NCBI GenBank assembly: GCA_019056785.1
Contig: DXJV01000034.1
Span: forward strand, 1 to 15,306
Length of the DNA: 15,306 nt
Direction: 5' to 3'
DNA from: Candidatus Heimdallarchaeota archaeon
Lineage (GTDB): Archaea > Asgardarchaeota > Heimdallarchaeia > JABLTI01
Shown: positions 1-7,070 of the stretch, piece by piece
How positions within the stretch are numbered: position 1 is the first letter of the stretch
Layout of the letters: each line of letters opens with the position of its first letter
Position numbers and translations under genes: made by a program
Notes under the pieces: model-generated
Databases searched by the model: none
What the model saw: the letters and a program-made list of their open reading frames with translations, nothing else
What the model was told of the DNA's origin: nothing

Positions 1-86
1 CTCGACTCTCTCTCTTACCGGCTTTTCAAAAGCAATGGATTACTCAAGAACAATATTCCACCGGAAAATATAATCTCTTCTTATAG
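1..86 (+). CDS. 3' end of a probable actin-family protein (Asgard actin-related), truncated by the window edge
   Basis: Frame 3 reads RLSLLPAFQKQWITQEQYSTGKYNLFL* (TAG 84-86). It aligns without gaps to the actin C-terminal segment ILASLSTFQQMWISKQEY, with L, L, F, Q, W, I and Y identical. The preceding partial codon xCT is compatible with the Ser of actin's GGS. Only 27 codons are visible. Confidence 0.7.
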   Translation, partial: RLSLLPAFQKQWITQEQYSTGKYNLFL

Positions 87-97
87 GAAAACTTCAC

Positions 98-123
98 AAA
101 AAAAAGAAAAGGGGAAAAGAGAA
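98..123 (-). terminator. Pyrimidine/T-rich tract, probable archaeal terminator of the 124-1476 gene
   Basis: The minus strand reads TTCTCTTTTCCCCTTTTC followed by a T run, directly after the stop codon and between convergent genes. Confidence 0.5.
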
Positions 124-1476
124 TCACGTATGTGACATATCTAGTTTGAGGAAGAGAGGGAGATCATTTGGTGGGCCCAATATTGGATTAAAGTATATCC
201 CTCCAGGATAACTCCAATAGTTAGTATTAGCTAAGCTCATTGTTCCATAACCAGCTACTATAATATATAGATAATCTTCAGGAAAGGTTGGGAATTCACT
301 TTTAGAAATTCTGAATTCAAACATTCGATGTGGTTCGGGGCAATTTGCACTAGGTCCAAAGGAGTAAGCTAAATCGTAATTTCCATTGCTAATTGTATTT
401 CTAAAAATTGTGTAGAGTCTCATTGTCCTAATACGAAACGCAAGTTTGTCGATATTCAATTTATACGCGGTGGGATATGTTGCATTAAGTTCATTATACC
501 CGTGCAAGGTAAAATAGAACATCTCATTTGTTGTATTTATTGTGGTATGATCAAAGTCAACCGTTAAATCTTGACTTGTATTTGCATGAAACTCGAGTGT
601 ATTGGGATCGTTAAAGTAGCTCGTAGAATCCGAAATGTTTGGTGGAGTTCCTCCATGTTCAAGCACAGCAAAATAGAATTTTTCTGCACATTGTAACTGA
701 TTTGATGGATAAGAAGTAAGATTGGCAGACATCGTAAGATCGAGTTTTAAGTCTGTCATTGCGGACATGAAATCACTGGCATTCACATCTGGGAATTTCG
801 AACTAATGTTAACGGCAAATTCCAAGTCTACAAAGTAGCCCGCGGGCCAACCAGGTCTCGCAGAGATATTTTGTGCGGTAATTTCAAAGAATGTATTGTC
901 TTCACTCCAAAAGTCGAGGTATGTTGATGAACTTTCACCAAAGATAAGGTCCATTTGGTCCACTTCAGGAATAATTGGAATGTCATAATAATTAGTTGTG
1001 AAAAAGCCAGTATTTAATTCATAGTCAAATGGTTTATCTGAGGAAACGTTATAGAAAATGTATTCATAGCCATGATCAACCATTGATTCGAAAGCCAGAG
1101 CTGAATAATAGATCTCAGGGAACCGGTTTGCTAAGAAAAAGGAAATCCATTCGCCATCAGGATTGTTCGTCCTATCCGAACACAAATCGAGAGCAACATA
1201 ATAATAGTTGCTATCTTCCCCAACAGAGATATAATTCCAGCCATCAACGTTCTTTTTGCTTACGACGGGATCTACTGTGTTGTTAACATCCAAATAGAAG
1301 GGGATATTATAATGCGAAGCGCGTCGCCATTCTTTCTCGTTAATAACTCCATCAATTGTAGGAGTGATGGTTGTCGGTTTACGAAACAGCCAGAAATCTT
1401 TTCCCCAAGAAAAACCAACAACAAAGGCTACCACACCGACAAGAATAATTAATGAAAAAGCTAAACCTTTTTTCAT
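124..1476 (-). CDS. Membrane-anchored or secreted protein with a CBM9/DOMON-like fold, 450 aa
   Basis: MKK followed by a hydrophobic helix. Motifs TPTIDGVINEKEW, EDSNYYYVALD and MFEFRISKSEF resemble CBM9/DOMON-like domains. Ten N-x-S/T sequons. AGGTGA RBS at 1488-1483. The ORF is solid; the function is tentative. Confidence 0.65.
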   Translation of the reverse strand: MKKGLAFSLIILVGVVAFVVGFSWGKDFWLFRKPTTITPTIDGVINEKEWRRASHYNIPFYLDVNNTVDPVVSKKNVDGWNYISVGEDSNYYYVALDLCSDRTNNPDGEWISFFLANRFPEIYYSALAFESMVDHGYEYIFYNVSSDKPFDYELNTGFFTTNYYDIPIIPEVDQMDLIFGESSSTYLDFWSEDNTFFEITAQNISARPGWPAGYFVDLEFAVNISSKFPDVNASDFMSAMTDLKLDLTMSANLTSYPSNQLQCAEKFYFAVLEHGGTPPNISDSTSYFNDPNTLEFHANTSQDLTVDFDHTTINTTNEMFYFTLHGYNELNATYPTAYKLNIDKLAFRIRTMRLYTIFRNTISNGNYDLAYSFGPSANCPEPHRMFEFRISKSEFPTFPEDYLYIIVAGYGTMSLANTNYWSYPGGIYFNPILGPPNDLPLFLKLDMSHT

Positions 1477-1627
1477 TATATTTCACCTATTAATCAGTAA
1501 AATAATAATTGACTATTAAGATATAAGCCTAACTTTTGATGTAGAGTACTATTCTCTTCCTAATAAGTATTCTTCAAAAAATAAAGCAGAATTAAAATAT
1601 AGTCATAAAAATGATTGCTTTTTGGGA

Positions 1628-2037
1628 ATGGAAATGGCTCTTACAAAAGAAATCGAAGAAATAATCTTAGCAAGTAAAACCATCGCAGTTGTTGGCGCTT
1701 CTAGAAACCCCATGAAAGCTGCTCATTCAGTGCCAAAATACTTGTAAAAAAGGGCTACCGGATTATCCCTGTAAATCCAAAAGCAGAAAGAATTCTCAGA
1801 GAAAAATGTTACGCCAATTTGCGAATTATTCCAACGCCTATTGACATTGTTAATATCTTTCGACCAGCCGAAGCAACAGCCACAATTGTCAAAGAGGTGA
1901 TAATTCTGAAGTCAAAGCTTATTTGGTTACAATTAAGAATTAAAAGCGAGGAGGTTAAAGCAATCGCAAAGAAATATCATATCCCCTTCATACAAGATCA
2001 TTGTCTAATGGTTGAGTATGCTAAATTGGTGCAATGA
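1628..2037 (+). pseudogene. CoA-binding protein (YccU/CoA_binding_2 family), disrupted
   Basis: ATG 1628 gives MEMALTKEIEEIILASKTIAVVGASRNPMKAAHSVPKYL*, with TAA at 1745-1747. Homology resumes in the -1 frame at about 1750 (KGYRIIPVNPKAERILREKCY...IDIVNIFRP...LIWLQLRI...QDHCLMVEY). Restoring one base near 1744 would give a typical protein of about 136 aa. Confidence 0.88.
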
Positions 2038-2253
2038 TACGCAAAGCCGCTGACAAATCGTCTATCTTTTGGGTATGTATTTTTGTCAGTATTTTGCCTC
2101 TAACGAAATTCCCTTTAAATAGAAACACCCTTTTAGTGCAGTTTGAGTGAAAGTGTTTGCAAGAGGTTGAGGCGAAAGTTATCATACTATTTGTCTCAAA
2201 GAATATTTACAACGCTAAAAAGAAAGAACGCCTAGAAAATATTTAAGGCAATC

Positions 2254-3138
2254 ATGCAAGGTGGCAAATATTTGGTAGAGCGCGGTATTAAAGAAATAGA
2301 AAATCCCGACGAATTGCTGGAAATGGGTCTCATCTCAGGAATTCAAAGTGGGCTCTTTGATAACGCCATTGAATTTTTTGGAAAAGCAATCGAACTCGAG
2401 CCAAACAATTACCGGGCATGGTTCTTGTTAGGAGTTGCCTATGACTACCAAGGCAAAAATCAGAAAGGAAATGAGTGCTATAGAAAAGCCCTTGAGATAA
2501 ATCCAGACTGTATCGAAGCGCTAGTGAATCTGGGGACAAACTATTCCAAAGAAGGAAATCTCAATATGGCAATTGAGTGCTTTCTCGAAGCGCTGGACAT
2601 TAAGCCGGATTATCACGAAGCAATGGTGAATCTCGCAATTTGTTATTTGGAACGAGGAGACATTGAAGAAGCAATTGATGCTTGCCGAAAGGCGTTGTTA
2701 TTCGATTCGAATTCAGTAGTTGCTTATAATACTATAGGACGAGCGTATATGCAATTAAATGATACAGACAAAGCTATCGAGTTCCTCAACAAAGCAATAG
2801 CTATAGACTCAAACTACTATGAACCATACAATTTCTTAGGGCTCATTTATGTTGACAAGAAAAATTATGAGTATGCTATAAAACTGTTCGAAAAATCCAT
2901 AGCCTTAAACCCATTCTATCATCTGGCATACAATAACCTGGGAGTAGTCTATGCAATGATCGGAGACTTGTCAGAAGCAATAGAGCAATTCAAAACAGCA
3001 GTGGAACTCGCCCCAGACTATTTCGAAGCATTGCATAATCTTGCATCGGCGTTTGAAGAAGCCGGCGACTTGGAACAAGCAGAATTCTATGAAAATAAGG
3101 CATATCATCTAGAAGAGGAGGAGAAAGAGGAAGAATAA
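2254..3138 (+). CDS. Tetratricopeptide repeat protein (about 8 TPRs, acidic C-terminal tail)
   Basis: Repeated 34-aa units (AWFLLGVAY, ALVNLGTNY, AMVNLAICY, AYNTIGRAY, AYNNLGVVY, ALHNLASAF, with KAIELEP-type ends). The true start may be TTG 2272, which follows an AGGTGG RBS. Confidence 0.95.
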   Translation: MQGGKYLVERGIKEIENPDELLEMGLISGIQSGLFDNAIEFFGKAIELEPNNYRAWFLLGVAYDYQGKNQKGNECYRKALEINPDCIEALVNLGTNYSKEGNLNMAIECFLEALDIKPDYHEAMVNLAICYLERGDIEEAIDACRKALLFDSNSVVAYNTIGRAYMQLNDTDKAIEFLNKAIAIDSNYYEPYNFLGLIYVDKKNYEYAIKLFEKSIALNPFYHLAYNNLGVVYAMIGDLSEAIEQFKTAVELAPDYFEALHNLASAFEEAGDLEQAEFYENKAYHLEEEEKEEE

Positions 3139-3232
3139 ATGGATGAAAGGGAAGAAAATTCCTAAAAATAAAATATTAACTAATAACAAGCTATAGTAGG
3201 ATTAAAAAAAAATTATTTCGGTGCGACTATTT

Positions 3233-3997
3233 TTATTTTTTATTTATCATGGTTCCTTCTGAAAATTCATATAATTTATTTGGTTCAAAATCGATCCATG
3301 TTTCATCAGTTAGCGGTTGAGTGGCAACGAGAATTGCCTTTTCAGTTTGCTCTTTCATTTCTCCCAACGAAATACTAATGTCTTCATCTTTTAGGAGAAT
3401 TCTTTTTGTATGATATGGTGGTATTCGTTGTAAATAATAAAGGCTATTAAATCCAGAATAATAAGCGAATAATTTTTTACCATTGCTTAATAGAAAATTA
3501 AATCCTCCTTCTCTGGCTATTTCATTGGCAATTTTTTCAATGGCATTTCTAATTCTCTTTTCTCCTGTGAGATTTTGTATGCGCTCAAGAATCAAACAAA
3601 AGGCATATTCTGAGTCTGTTTTTCCAAGAGGTTTGAAATGTTCGAGAGTAAATTTCTGGTCAATATCAAGAATAGTGCCATTGTGAGCAAAAATCCATTC
3701 TCTTTCTCCCAATTTTCGAGAGAAAGGGTGGGTATTCTGGTGTTTATGTTCCCCCACACTGGCATACCTTAAGTGGCTAATGAAAATTTTACTTTCAATT
3801 TGCTGATAGTCTCTAAGAAAATTGGCTAATGGGCTGGATAATGTTCCAATGGGTTCTTTAAAAATAATGGCAGACTTATCTGGGTAAAAGGCAACTCCCC
3901 AACCATGAGGTTGTTTTTTCCCTCTTTGAGAAAAACCTTTCCAGCTAAATAAAATATTTACTCGTTTATTTGCAGATAAACCAAACAATTCACACAT
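3233..3997 (-). CDS. Class II (Ntn) glutamine amidotransferase, YafJ/GATase_4 family, 254 aa
   Basis: Start reassigned to ATG 3997 so that the catalytic Cys is residue 2 (MCELFG). Motifs HGWGVAFY, SHLRYAS, NTHPF, FAHNGTI, GKTDSE, FNFLLSNG and VATQPLT are present. Confidence 0.93.
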   Translation of the reverse strand: MCELFGLSANKRVNILFSWKGFSQRGKKQPHGWGVAFYPDKSAIIFKEPIGTLSSPLANFLRDYQQIESKIFISHLRYASVGEHKHQNTHPFSRKLGEREWIFAHNGTILDIDQKFTLEHFKPLGKTDSEYAFCLILERIQNLTGEKRIRNAIEKIANEIAREGGFNFLLSNGKKLFAYYSGFNSLYYLQRIPPYHTKRILLKDEDISISLGEMKEQTEKAILVATQPLTDETWIDFEPNKLYEFSEGTMINKK

Positions 3998-4072
3998 TTT
4001 GACCAACATTCCATAAACCAATTTCTCGGATGAAGAACCAATAGCCGTTCCTATATGCAGTTCGTCCTTTTC

Positions 4073-4133
4073 CTTCAAAACTTTTTCGAATCGTGCTTCC
4101 CGTATTTTCTAAGAAGAAAGACTTTTGAAGTCT
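4073..4133. promoter_or_regulatory. Putative back-to-back promoters or operator between the divergent amidotransferase and nitroreductase genes
   Basis: GAAAAAG-TTTTGAAG on the minus strand (4087-4073) mirrors GAAAGAC-TTTTGAAG on the plus strand (4116-4130). Palindrome AGACTT-TTG-AAGTCT at 4119-4133. Confidence 0.35.
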
Positions 4134-4161
4134 CTTGGGGAAAGAATATTGAGTGAAAAAA

Positions 4162-4923
4162 ATGACAGATAAAATAACAAAAGGCCAAAAAGAGCTTATA
4201 GGGTTAGAGTTTATGGAATTTACAAAATACAAATATCTTGGAACTTCTGACCAGAGAAAAGGCAAACCTCATCCCCCTCTCGAAGTACCTTTTGATAAAA
4301 ATAAAAAACAAATTGACTTGCCGGCACCTGAGGATATTTCCATACCAAAAAAGGACTTGCGAACTTGCCTTGAGGAGCGTATCAGCCTGAGAAAATATGC
4401 CGACAAACCTCTGACGTTGATGGAGCTTGCCTGGTTGTTGTGGGCAACGCAAGGAGTAAAAGAAATCGGAGAGATCTGGACAAAACGGACTGTGCCTTCT
4501 GCGGGTGCAAGGCATGCATTTGAGACCTTTTTATTAATTAACAATGTTGAAGAGCTTAGAGCTGGTGTCTACCGTTACCTTGCCTTAGAACATAAGCTAA
4601 TTGAATATGACCTTACTGAAGGGATTGCTGACCGAATTGTGGTAGGAGCTTATGGGCAGAAAATGGTAAAGCAAGCGCCAGCAACATTCATCTGGGTGGC
4701 AGTTCCTTATCGTATGACCTGGCGGTATGGCACTCGAGGTTATCGCTATTTACATTTGGATGCCGGCCATGTCTGTCAGAATCTTTACCTTGCTGCTGAG
4801 AACATTGATGCCGGTTGTTGTGCTATTGCTGCCTTCTATGATGAACAAATGAATCAAATTTTGGGCCTTGACGGGAAAGAACTATTCACTATTTATATGG
4901 CTGCTGTGGGAAAGAAGAATTAA
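4162..4923 (+). CDS. SagB/ThcOx family dehydrogenase (FMN nitroreductase superfamily)
   Basis: Motifs SDQRKGKPHPP, RISLRKY, LAWLLWATQG, RTVPSAGARH, RYGTRGYRYLHLDAGHVCQNLYL and CAIAAFYD. ATG 4162 follows GAGTGA. The ORF track's GTG 4153 is an alternative start. Confidence 0.93.
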   Translation: MTDKITKGQKELIGLEFMEFTKYKYLGTSDQRKGKPHPPLEVPFDKNKKQIDLPAPEDISIPKKDLRTCLEERISLRKYADKPLTLMELAWLLWATQGVKEIGEIWTKRTVPSAGARHAFETFLLINNVEELRAGVYRYLALEHKLIEYDLTEGIADRIVVGAYGQKMVKQAPATFIWVAVPYRMTWRYGTRGYRYLHLDAGHVCQNLYLAAENIDAGCCAIAAFYDEQMNQILGLDGKELFTIYMAAVGKKN

Positions 4924-4960
4924 TTCGATTTTCCTCTCTTAAATGGCATTTCCGCTATAA

Positions 4961-4980
4961 CTCTTTTCTCCTTTTTTTTT
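4961..4980 (+). terminator. T-tract terminator after the nitroreductase gene
   Basis: CTCTTTTCTCC followed by T9, about 40 nt after the stop codon. Confidence 0.5.
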
Positions 4981-5040
4981 CACTGCTGAGAATGACTTAA
5001 TAATTAATTAGCTAAATAACAAACATTAGCGGGATTTCTC

Positions 5041-6252
5041 ATGAAAGCAACAGCGATAAATTTTTCAGCTCAAAGAAAAGAAGAACTTATTTCTCTCACC
5101 CAAGAATTGATCAGAATAAAATCGGTCACAGGACAAGAAAAGGCTATAATCCAGTTTTTAAAAGAAAAGATGCTTGAAATGGGCTTTGAAGAAGTTTTTA
5201 TTGATGAAATGGGTAATCTCATCGGAAGAATTGGCTCCGGAAAAAAGATTTTGGCTATTGATGCTCATGTTGATACTGTTGCTATCGGTCGACAGCGACT
5301 CTGGAAGTTCAACCCCCTTGGAGGTGATGTGTCCCAAGGGAAAATTTATGGTCGAGGAGCCTGTGATCAAAAAGGTGGTCTTGCTGCTGCTTTGCTGGCA
5401 GTAAAGCTCTTAATAATTCAAGGATTTCCGAAGAACCTTACCTTATATTTTGTTGCGAGTATTTGCGAAGAAGATTATGAAGGTTTATCATGGCAATTTA
5501 TTCTCAATAACAAGCTCTTTCAACCAAAGGCGGTGCTTTTAACCGAACCAACAGACTTGACCATTGCTTGCGGACAAAGGGGGCGGATGGATATAAAAGT
5601 AGAGGTTCAAGGACTTCCTTCCCATGGCTCAGAACCGGATATGGGAATTAATGCTATAAACTTAATGGCAACAATAATTCAAGAACTAAAAACTTTACAC
5701 GAATCACTTCCAACGGATGAAATTTTTGGTAAAAGCACCCTTGCAGTGACAGCTATACAATCGGCTTCAAATTCCTTGAATACTACCCCCCATCACTGTT
5801 CAATCCATATTGACCGGCGTTTGGGTAAGAAGGAAACCGAGGAAAAGGCTTTGAATGAAATACTCTCTTTGCCCGGTGTGCACAAAGCTAACGCAAAAGT
5901 CTTCGTTCCTAAGAGTGAGGTGAAAACCTACCGAAATTTCATTTGCCAAATAAAACATTATTTCCCATGTTGGCTAATGGAAGAACAAAGCTTACTTGTA
6001 TCTGTGGCAAAAAACGCTTTCGAAGATGCTTTTCATAAGCAAGCTAAGCTTAGCTATTGGCGCTTTTCAACTAATGGTGTGGCAACAAAAGGGGGCTATA
6101 AAATCCCAACAATTGGTTTTGGACCGGGAAAAGAACGTTTTACGCACACTAAAATGGAACATGTGGCTATTGATGACCTTGTGGCTGCATGCAATTTTTA
6201 CTTTGCTTTTATACAAAGATTTGCGAAGGCTAAGAAAAACGATTACAGGTGA
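5041..6252 (+). CDS. M20 family metallohydrolase, YgeY (selenium metabolism-linked hydrolase)-like
   Basis: Metal-binding motifs DAHVDTV, GRGACDQKGG, EEDYEG, LTEPT and C-terminal GFGPG..HT..E. Subfamily-type motifs GQRGRMDI and FSTNGV. Confidence 0.88.
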   Translation: MKATAINFSAQRKEELISLTQELIRIKSVTGQEKAIIQFLKEKMLEMGFEEVFIDEMGNLIGRIGSGKKILAIDAHVDTVAIGRQRLWKFNPLGGDVSQGKIYGRGACDQKGGLAAALLAVKLLIIQGFPKNLTLYFVASICEEDYEGLSWQFILNNKLFQPKAVLLTEPTDLTIACGQRGRMDIKVEVQGLPSHGSEPDMGINAINLMATIIQELKTLHESLPTDEIFGKSTLAVTAIQSASNSLNTTPHHCSIHIDRRLGKKETEEKALNEILSLPGVHKANAKVFVPKSEVKTYRNFICQIKHYFPCWLMEEQSLLVSVAKNAFEDAFHKQAKLSYWRFSTNGVATKGGYKIPTIGFGPGKERFTHTKMEHVAIDDLVAACNFYFAFIQRFAKAKKNDYR

Positions 6253-6260
6253 TTTTATAG

Positions 6261-6845
6261 ATGCGGAAGGTCAGTCAGCTGGAGGCTATTGAAGAACTTA
6301 GTGAAAAAATTGGCAAAGAAATAACAGAAATTACAGATAAGGAAACAAGTCTCAGAGGAGCGCATTTTGCTCGAGTAAAAGAGGATATCATTAGTTTGGT
6401 TCTAACGGGTTTGAACCTTAAGACGCTTCCAATCGAACTTGGTGCATTGATTGAATTAAACGTTCTGGATCTTTCAAAAAATAATTTCCGGGAAGTACCT
6501 ACTGTACTTCAGAAATTGCCTAAACTGGCTGTCTTAAACCTTAGCAGCAATCAACTCTATTCTCTACCAGAATGGTTGGGAAATTTTCATATGTTAAAGG
6601 TACTTTCACTGGCAAACAATAATCTCCGCTCTTTGCCTGCTACGATTGAAAACTTGACGCTTTTGCGGAAAATTTTTCTCCAAGGAAATGATTTGCAACG
6701 GTTGCCCTTTTCCTTAACAAATCTGAAACATCTGGCTGAAATCCACCTTGATTTCAGAACTGCTATGAGAAAAAATGTAAAAGCAGTTTTAACTGCCCTC
6801 GAAGCTAATGGTTGCCATGTGAATGCTCACTATAACCGGCGTTAA
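6261..6845 (+). CDS. Small leucine-rich repeat protein (5-6 repeats of 23 aa)
   Basis: LxxLxLxxNxLxxLPxxL repeats (LNVLDLSKNNFREVP, LAVLNLSSNQLYSLP, LKVLSLANNNLRSLP, LRKIFLQGNDLQRLP). Its AGGTGA RBS overlaps the upstream stop codon. Confidence 0.93.
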   Translation: MRKVSQLEAIEELSEKIGKEITEITDKETSLRGAHFARVKEDIISLVLTGLNLKTLPIELGALIELNVLDLSKNNFREVPTVLQKLPKLAVLNLSSNQLYSLPEWLGNFHMLKVLSLANNNLRSLPATIENLTLLRKIFLQGNDLQRLPFSLTNLKHLAEIHLDFRTAMRKNVKAVLTALEANGCHVNAHYNRR

Positions 6846-7070
6846 AAAAAGAGTAAAAACAGGCGAAAAAATTTCATTTACAAGAAATGAAATGTAAAGA
6901 ATGATACTCTTTGGTTTTTTTTCAGAAAATTGCAACTTTGTTAAGTGTTAAAGCTTAAATTTATAAAAAAGTGTCTTTTTTTATAAAAAATTCAACAATT
7001 AGCAAAAAAGTAATCTTTTTTAATTATATACTTAATTAATTACTTTATCAATAACTTAAGGCGGATTTTA

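Noticed and set aside
2019-2100. ACGCAAAGCC resembles the c-di-GMP-I riboswitch core
   Set aside because: No convincing upstream GGCAAACC/GNRA stem or tetraloop receptor, and the 5' part would lie inside the pseudogene.
3998-4078. 27-aa N-terminal extension of the amidotransferase in the ORF track
   Set aside because: Ntn enzymes of this family need Cys at the mature N-terminus, and the extension overlaps the probable promoter.
4162-4923. RiPP (thiazole/oxazole) biosynthetic cluster
   Set aside because: No YcaO, E1-like protein or precursor peptide in the window. Stand-alone SagB-like genes are common.
6960-6990. TTTATAAAAAA direct and inverted repeat upstream of the DUF285 gene
   Set aside because: Low-complexity A/T sequence. 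It may include a TATA box but cannot be told from chance.
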